Below are positions 45,721 through 55,864 of a stretch of DNA of 64,000 nucleotides, piece after piece. Made by a program: the position numbers and the translations under genes. The stretch spans positions 576,001-640,000 of the forward strand of contig CAXXMV010000006.1 in assembly GCA_963662285.2 (NCBI GenBank). The letters run 5' to 3'. Numbering within the stretch: the first letter of the stretch is position 1; each line of letters starts with the position of its first letter. This DNA is from a bacterium. Its GTDB lineage: Bacteria; Hinthialibacterota; Hinthialibacteria; Hinthialibacterales; Hinthialibacteraceae. Under the pieces are notes generated by a model. The model searched no databases. It worked only from the letters and a program-made list of their open reading frames with translations, and was not told the DNA's origin.

Positions 45721-46860
45721 TTAAAATTCAATAATGCGAATATCTTTCCAATAGGTGACCATTTCGATGCCTTTATGGATTTGAAATGCGAATATGCCTT
45801 TTTTGCGGGTGGGATCGTTGTGTTCGATGGTCTTGATGCCATTGATGAATAATTCGACATCGGGTCCGATAGCAGTGATTTCATAAGTGTTCCAACCTTC
45901 CAGGTCGAGAATCTTGCTGCTGTCGAATTTCGGTTTAACCAGGATGCCTTTTTCGCTTTGGTCATATAGGTGGCCGGTGATCCAATCGCTGCTGGGATCG
46001 ATATCAGCCTGGAAGCCATGCACCATATCATCTACCGCCCAACTACGGAATTGGATGCCGGAATTGCCTGAGGCAATTTTGAATTGCAGTGAGCAATGAA
46101 AATTGCTGTATTCTTTTTCAGAAAGCAACCAACCGTATCCACCTTTATCGGACTCGCCTTTGATTGTTTTATCAGCAATAGACCATATCGAATCGCCTAG
46201 AGTCTTCCATCCGGTCAGGCTTTTGCCGTCGAACATTGATACCCAATCCTGTTTATTAGGGATTTCCAGAATACGCAGGTCGGTCCATTCCATAGATGAT
46301 TCGGGTGATGTAACCATTTGTAAGGCGATGATGCCTTTTTTGTCGCCTTTAGGATCGTTATGGCTTATCATTAACTGACCGTTTACTTTGATTTCGATCC
46401 GGTCGCCGATCGCCGTAATTTCGTAGGTGTTCCATTGGTCTTTTTTGAAAACTTTGTTTGCCGTGATTTTGGTCGCTTTCAGCATTCCCCGGCCATTCTC
46501 TTCTACCAGCGATCCTGTAGCCGTTGGGCGTCCCGGATCGAGATTGCATTGATAGCCGATCATCTTGCCATCTTCTACTCGACTGCGAACCTGGATGCCG
46601 CTGTTGCCGCCGCTCCATTTGAAACGGGCGCGAAAGACGAAATCGGAATAACTTTTTTCAGTAAGCAGCCATCCCATTTGGTCGCCAACGCCATTTACTT
46701 TTATAGCGCCGTCTTCCACCTTCCATTCAGGCGATCCTAGTACTTTCCAGCCGTCAAGGTTCTCGCCGTTGAATAGAGGCTGCCAGATGCCAGCGTAACC
46801 TGCATTGGCAATAACGATTGATGTAATAAGTCCTACCAATAATGTTCGTACAAATTTCAT
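45721..46860 (-). CDS. Secreted protein with two tandem DUF1080 domains
   Basis: Two copies of W..LF.G..L.GW ... GNSGIQ.RS ... G.Q ... WNTYEITAIG ... KGI.A.Q; signal peptide from ATG 46860. Confidence 0.92.
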   Translation of the reverse strand: MKFVRTLLVGLITSIVIANAGYAGIWQPLFNGENLDGWKVLGSPEWKVEDGAIKVNGVGDQMGWLLTEKSYSDFVFRARFKWSGGNSGIQVRSRVEDGKMIGYQCNLDPGRPTATGSLVEENGRGMLKATKITANKVFKKDQWNTYEITAIGDRIEIKVNGQLMISHNDPKGDKKGIIALQMVTSPESSMEWTDLRILEIPNKQDWVSMFDGKSLTGWKTLGDSIWSIADKTIKGESDKGGYGWLLSEKEYSNFHCSLQFKIASGNSGIQFRSWAVDDMVHGFQADIDPSSDWITGHLYDQSEKGILVKPKFDSSKILDLEGWNTYEITAIGPDVELFINGIKTIEHNDPTRKKGIFAFQIHKGIEMVTYWKDIRIIEF

Positions 46861-46991
46861 GATTTTCTCCCACAAGAAAATAGAGTTATTTATATAACGA
46901 TACACCAAATACTACGATTTTTCCAAGCCGTACCTTGCAAATTGGATGCAATAAATTTATTTCAATAGATAGTATATGTTGCTTGTATAAT

Positions 46992-48650
46992 CTAATCTTT
47001 GATAATTGTGATGCGTTGGTTTAAGGCAGGGTGGGGGATTGTCTGGGCTTTTTTATGGCGCCAGTAGATAGTCAACTCATCGATTGCATTTATCTCGCCA
47101 AAACCGAAATGCATGATCTGGGAATTCTGGGATAGGTAGCCCGATCCACCATCGATGCTTCGCGACCAGGTCTTGTCGCCATTTTTGGCGACTACCCGCA
47201 CGCTATAAATTTGAGCCGATAGACCATCCAGTTTAACTTGCAGCCAGTTTCCCTTTTCTGACTGGTTTTCTAATAAAACCGGGGTGGAATCCATGCAGTT
47301 GATGACTATATCCATGTCCCCGTCATTATCATAATCGAGCAAGGCCGATCCCCGTCCTGATTTACTGGCAATATTTACTGGCAACGCGGTTTTGGATATA
47401 TCATTGAAACGTTTGCCGTCATTTCGGTATATAGAGGCGCCTTGAGCGTAGCGCGGACTTTTATCAAGGTTATCAACTTGAGGATAAACATGTCCATTGG
47501 CGGTGTAGATATCCAGCCAGCCATCCGCATCGAAATCGCAGAAACCGCTGCCCCAGGTCACCCGCTTAAGGGTCGCGCCAAACAGACCAGCGAAGGCGGT
47601 CTCATCGCTCAGGACGCCATCGCCCTGGTTCTGGTAGAGCATATCTGATTCGCGTTCATAGGATGTAATCAGCAGATCGAAGAAGCCGTCGTTATTGTAG
47701 TCGCCCGCGCTGACACCCATGCTGGCCCCGCCGCGTCCACTGTCGGAGAATCCCCCGCCTGATAGAAAACTGAGGTCTTCGAAAACTCCGGCGCCGTTGT
47801 TTTGTAGAATATGGTTGTAGGTTGAATCGTTGGTCACATATAAGTCCGGGTCGCCGTCGTTTTCCATGTCAAAAAACACTGATCCCATAGCACGTCCACG
47901 GGATACGTTGATCATTGCTTTGGCGGAAGCATTTTGGAATTTCCCCGTTCCGTCATTGAGGTAGAGCAGGTCGCGTTGTGAATCCAGGGCCATTGGCCCC
48001 ATCAAAACTTTTTGCCCCAGGTATATGGCGTAAAGTTTGCCATGTACCTGGGGATCGAATTCAACGTAATTGCCCACGAATAGGTCCAGGTCGCCATCGT
48101 TATCCACATCCACGAAACAGGCGGATGCGGCGTATTGGTCGTTTTCTAAACCACAAGCGGCGGTGGCTTCGTGGAAGGTTCCATCGCCGTTATTTTTGTA
48201 GAGCGTATTTGCTCCATAGTTGCCGACGAAAAGGTCCAGCCAGCCATCGTTATCAATGTCGCCGAATATGGCGCACATTCCGAAGCCCAGGTCGCCCACT
48301 CCTGCGCTGGCGGTAACATCGGTGAAGATGCCGCCATCGTTGCGGAAAAGAGTGTTTTGGTATTGTTCATCGGATTGGTCGTATTGCGGTCTGCCATTGA
48401 CGAAGTAGATGTCATCGTCTCCGTCATTGTCATAGTCGGCCACGGCCACGCCTGAACCCATCGCATCGATAATCCAGCGTTTATCAAGGTTGCCTAATCT
48501 ATGGTGGAATCCATCCAAACCCACGGCTTTTGTTTTATCAATAAAAAGAATCGATCCGCAATATCCATTACTATAAGATAACAGGATAATTATCCATGAT
48601 AATATTTTTGAGACGCCCTGTGAAATATACTCACATGATATTGTTTTCAT
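46992..48650 (-). CDS. CRTAC1 / ASPIC-UnbV family FG-GAP repeat protein
   Basis: Repeated D.DNDG..D motifs; C-terminal GNWLQV.L and GGSGYLSQ....HFG.G. Confidence 0.92.
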   Translation of the reverse strand: MKTISCEYISQGVSKILSWIIILLSYSNGYCGSILFIDKTKAVGLDGFHHRLGNLDKRWIIDAMGSGVAVADYDNDGDDDIYFVNGRPQYDQSDEQYQNTLFRNDGGIFTDVTASAGVGDLGFGMCAIFGDIDNDGWLDLFVGNYGANTLYKNNGDGTFHEATAACGLENDQYAASACFVDVDNDGDLDLFVGNYVEFDPQVHGKLYAIYLGQKVLMGPMALDSQRDLLYLNDGTGKFQNASAKAMINVSRGRAMGSVFFDMENDGDPDLYVTNDSTYNHILQNNGAGVFEDLSFLSGGGFSDSGRGGASMGVSAGDYNNDGFFDLLITSYERESDMLYQNQGDGVLSDETAFAGLFGATLKRVTWGSGFCDFDADGWLDIYTANGHVYPQVDNLDKSPRYAQGASIYRNDGKRFNDISKTALPVNIASKSGRGSALLDYDNDGDMDIVINCMDSTPVLLENQSEKGNWLQVKLDGLSAQIYSVRVVAKNGDKTWSRSIDGGSGYLSQNSQIMHFGFGEINAIDELTIYWRHKKAQTIPHPALNQRITIIKD

Positions 48651-48712
48651 TAAGATTTAGAACAACAATGAATTCAAAGAATTTTATTTACAGACTTTTA
48701 TTATTGTTATTC

Positions 48713-50359
48713 TTATTGCTCTTTAATGGAACCTAAGCGCTTCTCCCATTCAGGGTTAACTTTTCGGGCGAATACCCTGGCGGGGTGAGTTGGATCTAGT
48801 TCTTTTAGGAAGAAATTCATACCCTCCCGGTGACGCCTCTCCAAATCGCCTTTCAACCAGCGCAGATATTTCAGGAACCGTTCGTCATCCCAATCCGAGC
48901 GATGGCTTTTGAATATTAAAATGTAGGCCGGTTCATCGAAGGGAACTTCATATCCGGTAGGGATATTTTTGCCAAAATGATACAGAGTTCCCGGTTTCAT
49001 CAATTTGCGTTGTCCGGCGCGGCATAAAACCCATTTGCCTTTGACCGTGAAAATAAGGCTTTCAGAACTGTGGGCGTGTTCGGGCGTGTATTGCCCGGGG
49101 ATCATTTCAATATAATGGGCTTGCGATTCCGCAGCTTTCATCAATGGTCCGATGCGTCCTTCAACCGTATCGATCCCGGGACATTCCGATGGATCGGTGA
49201 CATCATAAATAATCTGTACGCCGCCCCAACTCTTGGTCGTCTCATCGAACGGGATGTCTAAGGGGAAGCGTTCTTTTAACCAGGAAATTATTTGGATATA
49301 AAATTCTTCGCTATACGGACGTGCGAAACTGGAAAAATCGAAGCGCTCTTTTATCCTATCCCCGGCTTCATCGGCGGATAACTGGAAATTATGATCAGCT
49401 GATGCAACCGTGAACCATGACGCATCCGTATTTCCCGCTTCTTTCATGATCTCAACAGCCTTTTGGTGGTCGCCGAGGGGAACGTTCATATCCAGTTCGC
49501 CTTGAATGGCTAAGGCCGGTTTTTGGATATAGCGATACAACTCGCCTGGTTCGTTGGCTAATTCTTCCCGCTTACGTTCGAGTCCCATTACCCACTCTTT
49601 ATCATCCAGCGTAAAGCAAAAGGTAGCCTCTCCCACCTGTGCGGACTTAAACATTTCCTCATAACCATAGCCCAGGCGCAGATCATGGAAGGCGTTTTGT
49701 TTAGCCCAACTCATGTTTTCTGTACTTTGTTCAGCCCAGTCTTTCAGGCGTCCAAAATTATAAGCATATAATTCCGGAGAAGTGCTGCTCAGCCCTCCCA
49801 GGAACAAATAGCCATCCGCCAGTAATTTATCCTTGGCGGCCAGGCAAGCCAGATAAGCCCCGGCGCTTTCTCCGGCGACAATTACTGATAATACATTTGT
49901 TTTACGACGTGCAAATAATATGGCCGCTTTCAGATCATTGGCCTGATCCTGATAGGTTACAGCGCCAGAAGATTTTGATGATTTCCCGAATCCGCGTTTA
50001 TCAAAGCGCAAGGTTGCGTATCCCGCATCGTTTAACTGATCGGATAAACGTTTGATTGCGTCACGCCTGGTGATGCCATTTCGAAGCAAACACTCCCCAT
50101 CCCGCGTATGAGATAGCGTTCCACCCGCCATGACAATGCAATGATAAGGCCCGTCGCCATCGGGCAGACTCATCGTCGCAGCAATCGTTATATCCTTTTG
50201 CGAAGTGAAAGTTACGTCGAGAATCTTGGTCCCCGAAGGATTCCCGTGATCGTGGTGTCGGTGTGAATAAGCTGTTGGTGCGCAATAGAAAGTGATTACA
50301 GCCAGCAACCATATACCACTCAATGACGGTGTTACTATTTTCATAAATTTATTACTCAT
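48713..50359 (-). CDS. Secreted alpha/beta-hydrolase fused to a C-terminal cupin domain
   Basis: RFDKRG.G.S, GESAG nucleophile, QGELD.NVP, DHNF; cupin PG...PEHAH..E......G.W and H.G; His-rich stretch after the signal peptide. Confidence 0.8.
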   Translation of the reverse strand: MSNKFMKIVTPSLSGIWLLAVITFYCAPTAYSHRHHDHGNPSGTKILDVTFTSQKDITIAATMSLPDGDGPYHCIVMAGGTLSHTRDGECLLRNGITRRDAIKRLSDQLNDAGYATLRFDKRGFGKSSKSSGAVTYQDQANDLKAAILFARRKTNVLSVIVAGESAGAYLACLAAKDKLLADGYLFLGGLSSTSPELYAYNFGRLKDWAEQSTENMSWAKQNAFHDLRLGYGYEEMFKSAQVGEATFCFTLDDKEWVMGLERKREELANEPGELYRYIQKPALAIQGELDMNVPLGDHQKAVEIMKEAGNTDASWFTVASADHNFQLSADEAGDRIKERFDFSSFARPYSEEFYIQIISWLKERFPLDIPFDETTKSWGGVQIIYDVTDPSECPGIDTVEGRIGPLMKAAESQAHYIEMIPGQYTPEHAHSSESLIFTVKGKWVLCRAGQRKLMKPGTLYHFGKNIPTGYEVPFDEPAYILIFKSHRSDWDDERFLKYLRWLKGDLERRHREGMNFFLKELDPTHPARVFARKVNPEWEKRLGSIKEQ

Positions 50360-50396
50360 TTGATATAGAGGCCTTCTCTCGGATTGAAATTCTGCG

Positions 50397-50427
50397 TAGT
50401 ATTACGTTTATGAATATCGTAATACTA
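50397..50427. promoter_or_regulatory. Perfect 10-bp inverted repeat (operator candidate) in a short divergent intergenic region
   Basis: TAGTATTACG-N11-CGTAATACTA. Confidence 0.5.
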
Positions 50428-50453
50428 ATCTAGACAAAAGAAAAGAGGTTAGA

Positions 50454-51725
50454 ATGAAATTGCGGAGTATTTGTCAAAGTTTAATGTTGAGCGCAATCGT
50501 AGTAAGCAGTTTGGTAGCGGCAAGTCAGGCCTATGGTTCATCAGGTGTGGATGGCTACCATTATAGGTTGCAAATGTTGTCATTACCTGATTTTGTCGGT
50601 GAAGGGAGATTGTTGTTGGATCCAGAGTTAGCAGTGGGCAACTGGTTTGGCGGAGGCCTGCAAATCGGCGATTGGAATCGCGACGGCAATATGGATATCT
50701 TTGTTTCGTCGTTTTTGGCCGATCCAGACGGGGTTTCAAACGCTGGGGCTATCTATGTTTTCCTGGGACCGGATTTTGAAGAAACCGAAAGAATCACCGC
50801 TCTACCGGAACCGGAAGAAAATGATAATTTCGGTATGCAAATAGAGTTTCAGGATATGAATAACGACAATATATCCGATTTAGTAGTTACAGGATTGCGC
50901 AGCCAGTATGTTCCCGACAATGAGAATGAGGCGGTTCTGAATCAAGCCGGAAGTTTCAGGGTTGTCTGGGGTCCGGATTATACTGAAGGACTTCGGTTTT
51001 TCGACGAGTATCCCGAAGCCAGCGCATGTTTAGGGCGGGGTTTAGAAGTCGCTGATTTTAACCAGGATGGTCAACTAGACATCGCGATTGGCGCAATCAA
51101 TGCTTATGGTAATATGGGTAAAGTAATTCTACGTTTTGGTCCGGATTTCACCGAACAGCAGGAATTGTTTTCTGATTATGTTGAACTGGGGATGCGTTTT
51201 GGCGCCAATCTGGGAGTGGGGGACTGGAACGGTGATGGAGTGACTGATCTCTTTATCGGAGCCGACAAAGCATGCAGCGAATCTGGTTTGAATAAAGCTG
51301 GTCATGTTCAAGTCTGGTACGGTCCGCAATATAAAGAAGAAGACGTGACCTATTTAGAAGAACAGCAACCTGAGGCGGATAACAATTTCGGGGCGGCCAT
51401 CGATTTTGGCGATATTACAGGCGACGGCGTACCTGATCTAGTCGTTGGAAAAAGCGGCGCCCAATGGCAAGGCAAGAGCTGGGTTGGTCAAGTGGTTATT
51501 TATCCCGGACCGGATTACGTTCAAGAAATTAAATTGGATTCACCACTTAAAGACGAGAATTCCATATTTGGTTCCGAAATAGCTATCGCCGACGTCAATG
51601 CGGATGGAATCAATGATCTAGTCGTTGGCGAATATTACGCAACGGTGGACGGAAATAGCAGTGCAGGAAGAGCATGGCTGTTTTTAGGCGTTAAAACCAA
51701 TGTTTCTCAATGGGAAATGTATTAG
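50454..51725 (+). CDS. Secreted integrin-alpha-like FG-GAP beta-propeller protein with C-terminal NVSQWEMY tag
   Basis: About 6 repeats of FG....GD.N.DG..D..VGA....G.V....GP; signal peptide. Confidence 0.9.
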   Translation: MKLRSICQSLMLSAIVVSSLVAASQAYGSSGVDGYHYRLQMLSLPDFVGEGRLLLDPELAVGNWFGGGLQIGDWNRDGNMDIFVSSFLADPDGVSNAGAIYVFLGPDFEETERITALPEPEENDNFGMQIEFQDMNNDNISDLVVTGLRSQYVPDNENEAVLNQAGSFRVVWGPDYTEGLRFFDEYPEASACLGRGLEVADFNQDGQLDIAIGAINAYGNMGKVILRFGPDFTEQQELFSDYVELGMRFGANLGVGDWNGDGVTDLFIGADKACSESGLNKAGHVQVWYGPQYKEEDVTYLEEQQPEADNNFGAAIDFGDITGDGVPDLVVGKSGAQWQGKSWVGQVVIYPGPDYVQEIKLDSPLKDENSIFGSEIAIADVNADGINDLVVGEYYATVDGNSSAGRAWLFLGVKTNVSQWEMY

Positions 51726-51811
51726 CGTAAAGGCTTTCCCAAAATTATAGAATTTTCATAACATAAAATTATTGCATAACGATATCTTTTTAGCTCAAAG
51801 ATAGTTCACCA

Positions 51812-51839
51812 GAAAGGCGGGGCTTAGGCCCCGCCTTTC
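51812..51839. terminator. Hairpin terminator between convergent genes
   Basis: GAAAGGCGGGGC-TTAG-GCCCCGCCTTTC. Confidence 0.75.
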
Positions 51840-51862
51840 AATGCAAGATATTTGATAATCAA

Positions 51863-53020
51863 TTAAGTAGTCGAGCCAACTTCTTCCCAGGTAATCATAC
51901 CGGGGCCGTAGCTGTTCTGGTCGCGGCGGAACATGGCTTTTTCGGCCATGAGAGTCATCAATGTCGCGATGCGGGCGGTCTCGGCGTTGCTGGTGGGAGT
52001 CTTGCCGGATTTGCAGCAATCAGCGAATTCGATCAATTCGCCGCGTACTGAATCATCGCCCCAGCTGGGGTTCTTGTCCGATACCTGACGCGGCTCTTCG
52101 CCGCGCACGTAAATGGTTCCCTTGAGCAGATCGACGCCGCCGTTGGTTCCCATGACCCATGATTTTTCTCCGGTAAAGGCATCGGGAACGCCATGCAGGT
52201 GAGTGTAAGATAAAATCGCTCCATTGGGGAAATGCCATGAGACGGCGCTCATGTTTTCGGCTTGATGGCGGAAAGGTTTTTTGTAATCAAAAGTGATTGA
52301 TCCAACCGCCAGGCAGTGGGTAGGAGCGATGCTGCCCATAACCCAGCTCATCAAATCCATGTGATGGCAGGCTTGTTCGTTTAACTTGCCGCCGGACATA
52401 TCCACGTTGCCAACCCAGCCGCCAACCTGTCCGGTTCCACCCCAATGCCATTGACCCTGCATAAAGGTGACGTCGCCGATTTGTCCATCATGGATGGCTT
52501 GAACGCCAGCCCGGTAGCCGATGTCTGATCTGCGTTGGAAAGCGACTTGATAGATGCCTTTGGCTTTGCGGGCGGCGGTGGTTACGGCGTCAACATTTTT
52601 GATGTTGGCGTCCATGCATTTTTCGCTTAGGCAGTTCAATCCCGATTCCAGCACGGGAACAACCACTTTAGCGTGGTTGCCGACTTCGGTGGCTACCACA
52701 ACGCCATCCAATTGTTCTTTAGCGATCATTTCACGAAAATCGGTGTAGGTGTTGATTTTACGGTCTTGATCTTCTTTGACGTATTCGGCGACTTGATCAG
52801 CTTTTCTCTGGATTAAATCGCATGACGCAACCAGTTCGATGCTGTCAACCGTTAAAGCGCGGCGCGCCAGATATGAACCGCGACCTCCGCAGCCGATCCA
52901 GGCCAGTCTGACTTTATCATTAGCTCCGATTACGCGTTTTGATGATGCTAAAGCCAATGTTGATGCTCCCACTACGGATGATTGCAAGAAACTCCTACGT
53001 GTAAAATTGGTGTTCCCCAT
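51863..53020 (-). CDS. Gfo/Idh/MocA family oxidoreductase, Tat-exported
   Basis: TRRSFL; IGAND..R.A.IGCGGRG; EK; SGG...EQ.CH..D. Confidence 0.92.
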   Translation of the reverse strand: MGNTNFTRRSFLQSSVVGASTLALASSKRVIGANDKVRLAWIGCGGRGSYLARRALTVDSIELVASCDLIQRKADQVAEYVKEDQDRKINTYTDFREMIAKEQLDGVVVATEVGNHAKVVVPVLESGLNCLSEKCMDANIKNVDAVTTAARKAKGIYQVAFQRRSDIGYRAGVQAIHDGQIGDVTFMQGQWHWGGTGQVGGWVGNVDMSGGKLNEQACHHMDLMSWVMGSIAPTHCLAVGSITFDYKKPFRHQAENMSAVSWHFPNGAILSYTHLHGVPDAFTGEKSWVMGTNGGVDLLKGTIYVRGEEPRQVSDKNPSWGDDSVRGELIEFADCCKSGKTPTSNAETARIATLMTLMAEKAMFRRDQNSYGPGMITWEEVGSTT

Positions 53021-53143
53021 GGTTTTTTATCCCTTCTCTTATTATATTAATTCGCATTAATCCATCTCATACCTTTCTAACAATACCACTGCTTTACCTG
53101 AAAATCTATTCCAGCTGGAGTGATAATATTCGTTACTGGTTAT

Positions 53144-55864
53144 TTATGGACATTGAATGACCAAGCCTTCGGCGCTTGGTTGCACTCCGTTTACTAACGT
53201 CAATATTTTGTTGCTATTCTCATCAAAGGCTTTAAGATCGTAGGTATAGTTCAGGGGAATGCCGGACATTAGGAACTGGCCGTCGATCCCGGTTGGGGCT
53301 TGTGATGTAAGGCCTTTACCCCAGGGAAGCTGGGTCATGATCCAGACTCCTTGCTTGGGGATTCCATTGCTATCTTGAACCACGCCTGTCAAATATCCGG
53401 CTTTTTTTAAGGTGATCTCTACATACAAATCGGGACTATCATCTGAAGGTATATCCAATAGAAAATACTCGTTGTGGTATTCGGATATATACTTGGAACC
53501 CAAAAGTTCAAATTCGACCTCTCTCCATGGACTAAACGTGCTTAGCGTGATTTTACCGGGTTTTACGCCATTTATCACAAACGTTCCATCTTCAGACGGG
53601 GTAGCCGGAAACTTGAAATTATCTTGCGTCGCCGAAACGCTGATTCCATCAAGCGAGCCGTTATCCTCTGTTTTAATGATCCCGTTGATTCTCTTGGTGA
53701 ATAAGCTAGTATTCAATGTGATTTTAAGATCAGCGTGTTCTTCGCCAATATGAAAAGTAACGGGAATTTCGCCTTGCCCCAATGGAATGATCTTATCCTG
53801 AAGCACAGAAAAACCGGATTCTCCTGAAGGAGTGTATGGTATTACCTGAATCAGATTAGCCACAATATGGAAAGTGAATTCATATTGTTCCGGATCCACT
53901 CCTGCCGGGATTATGAGATCAAACTTGCCATCCTCATCGGTTGTAGGCGGTTGCGGTCCCAGCGTTTTGACCAATAATGGATTCTTACCGCGACGGTCTT
54001 CGATAGTCAATATCGCTCCTGGAACAGGTCTATTATTCTCATCGACCACCTGGCCTGTAAAGCGGGTGCGGGCAATTGGCGTGACTGGATACTCCAATCC
54101 TTCCACATCCTTATCATCAACAACAAATTCAAGATGCGGGATATTTGGAAGAGCCCCATTAGCACCAATAATGAAACGTATTGGGTGAGGCGCAAATTCC
54201 ATGTTTTCATCATAATCCAGATAGGATTTCAGCCAGTACGTTCCAGGATACACTTTGGTGAAAACGAAATTGCCTTCCGCATCAGTTTTAACTACTCCAT
54301 GAATGTAATTATTGGTGCTGTACATTTTCATTAATTCAACGGGGAAATCAGCTACGCCGGAATTATTATCTTTGCGTACAACCTTTCCAGAGACGGAGAA
54401 GCCAGCGTCTATTCGAACGGTGAAATTGTGACATGCGTTCTCGATTGTGACATTCTGTATAATGGTGGAAGCGGAATATTCTTCTGGGATTTGTGTTTTC
54501 ATCCGGTATGTTCCCCACTGGACAGGTTTTAGAATTACCATTCCTGTATTATCAGTGCTTCCTGAATAGATGCCTTTTCCCTTAGTAGCGGGGTTGCCGT
54601 CGGGAATCAAACTCACTTGCGCATTCTCAACCGCCCGGCCAAATGTCTCTTTAACGTGTTCAAGACCTGCCTTCTCTACATTCACAAAAACACGGCTGGA
54701 ATTAGAAATAGATAGTTTGGTATGCGCCTGGGTGGGAAGAAATGGCGCAATTATACTTCTCTGGCTGGCTTTACAGGCTTGAATGTAATAAATACCCGGC
54801 GCAAGACCTGTAAATATACATTGACCGTTGTTATCAGTTTTGCCTTGTTTGATCAATGTCCTCTCAGTTGGAACGGGGGGCATTCTAATATGGGAAAAAC
54901 ACTCTTTCCCTTCGTGAATAAAGCGGATCATTACTCTTTCCCACGAGGAAGAATATGTTTTTTCGGCCAACGAAAGAATATCCCAAATTCGCAGATTCGG
55001 GGAGGTTGGATTGGACATAGGCGTGTATTTGATCAACGCCTGTTTCATGACGTCCCGGTTCTCCGTCCAGCGGTTCGCTCCCCAGTTACATGAGTCCACA
55101 CCCGTGATCAGGTCATTAATAAAAGGTCTTAAACTGTATCCCTGGAAATATTTATTTTGCGCATCGGGTATCACTTTTTTGGGAATGGATGCAACGCGCA
55201 AAGCACCATGATCACGAGCGATAATAACGGTATCATAGGGAGTCGACTGATTTAATCCTTCAACTAAAACAGGAGTTTTGTTTCTTAAAGGTCTAGGCGG
55301 AGCATTTCCTTTCCAGAGGTAAACCTCCGCTCCGGGGCATGGAATTTTTTTATCTTTATCTGCATAGATAGTTACTCCATGGGAACTGGTATACTCCAAA
55401 ATGATAGAATATTCCCCGGTCTTGGATGGATCAAACGTTTCTGTAGCGGAAGAATATTCATCCGCCGAGGCGACCAGTTCGCAGGATTTTATTGGAATGT
55501 CTTCATGACGGAACAGACCGCCGTAAAAGGTATGTTGATTGCCTTGCAGAGTAATCACGCCCTTCTTCACAGGTTCACCCAGTGCATCCACAATCCGGAT
55601 GCGCAGGGCGCTTGGCAGCGGCGGCTTGGTGGAAGATTCGATAATGTTTGGCGCTGCGGTTGGCGGAATCGAAGCGTCAGTCGGTTGATTAACTGTTTGA
55701 GTATTGTTCTGAACTATGGGTTGAAACGGTTTGGAGGAAATCCTGACATTCGGTCCTGGAGGAAAGGGGCCTGTGGCATCTGGTTTGTCAGGCCAGAATA
55801 AAAAAGTTATGCAAAATACCAGAATTGTTACTACAGCGAGTAATATCCAGCATGACCTACTCAT
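53144..55864 (-). CDS. Membrane-anchored protein with repeated carboxypeptidase-regulatory-like (CnaB-type) beta-sandwich domains
   Basis: N-terminal TM, Pro-rich linker, repeated G.V.D..G.P..GA.....TD..G.F.....PG.Y units. Confidence 0.75.
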   Translation of the reverse strand: MSRSCWILLAVVTILVFCITFLFWPDKPDATGPFPPGPNVRISSKPFQPIVQNNTQTVNQPTDASIPPTAAPNIIESSTKPPLPSALRIRIVDALGEPVKKGVITLQGNQHTFYGGLFRHEDIPIKSCELVASADEYSSATETFDPSKTGEYSIILEYTSSHGVTIYADKDKKIPCPGAEVYLWKGNAPPRPLRNKTPVLVEGLNQSTPYDTVIIARDHGALRVASIPKKVIPDAQNKYFQGYSLRPFINDLITGVDSCNWGANRWTENRDVMKQALIKYTPMSNPTSPNLRIWDILSLAEKTYSSSWERVMIRFIHEGKECFSHIRMPPVPTERTLIKQGKTDNNGQCIFTGLAPGIYYIQACKASQRSIIAPFLPTQAHTKLSISNSSRVFVNVEKAGLEHVKETFGRAVENAQVSLIPDGNPATKGKGIYSGSTDNTGMVILKPVQWGTYRMKTQIPEEYSASTIIQNVTIENACHNFTVRIDAGFSVSGKVVRKDNNSGVADFPVELMKMYSTNNYIHGVVKTDAEGNFVFTKVYPGTYWLKSYLDYDENMEFAPHPIRFIIGANGALPNIPHLEFVVDDKDVEGLEYPVTPIARTRFTGQVVDENNRPVPGAILTIEDRRGKNPLLVKTLGPQPPTTDEDGKFDLIIPAGVDPEQYEFTFHIVANLIQVIPYTPSGESGFSVLQDKIIPLGQGEIPVTFHIGEEHADLKITLNTSLFTKRINGIIKTEDNGSLDGISVSATQDNFKFPATPSEDGTFVINGVKPGKITLSTFSPWREVEFELLGSKYISEYHNEYFLLDIPSDDSPDLYVEITLKKAGYLTGVVQDSNGIPKQGVWIMTQLPWGKGLTSQAPTGIDGQFLMSGIPLNYTYDLKAFDENSNKILTLVNGVQPSAEGLVIQCP

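Noticed and set aside
45721-51725. Internal sequence repeats in the DUF1080 and FG-GAP genes
   Set aside because: Explained by protein domain repeats, not independent DNA elements.
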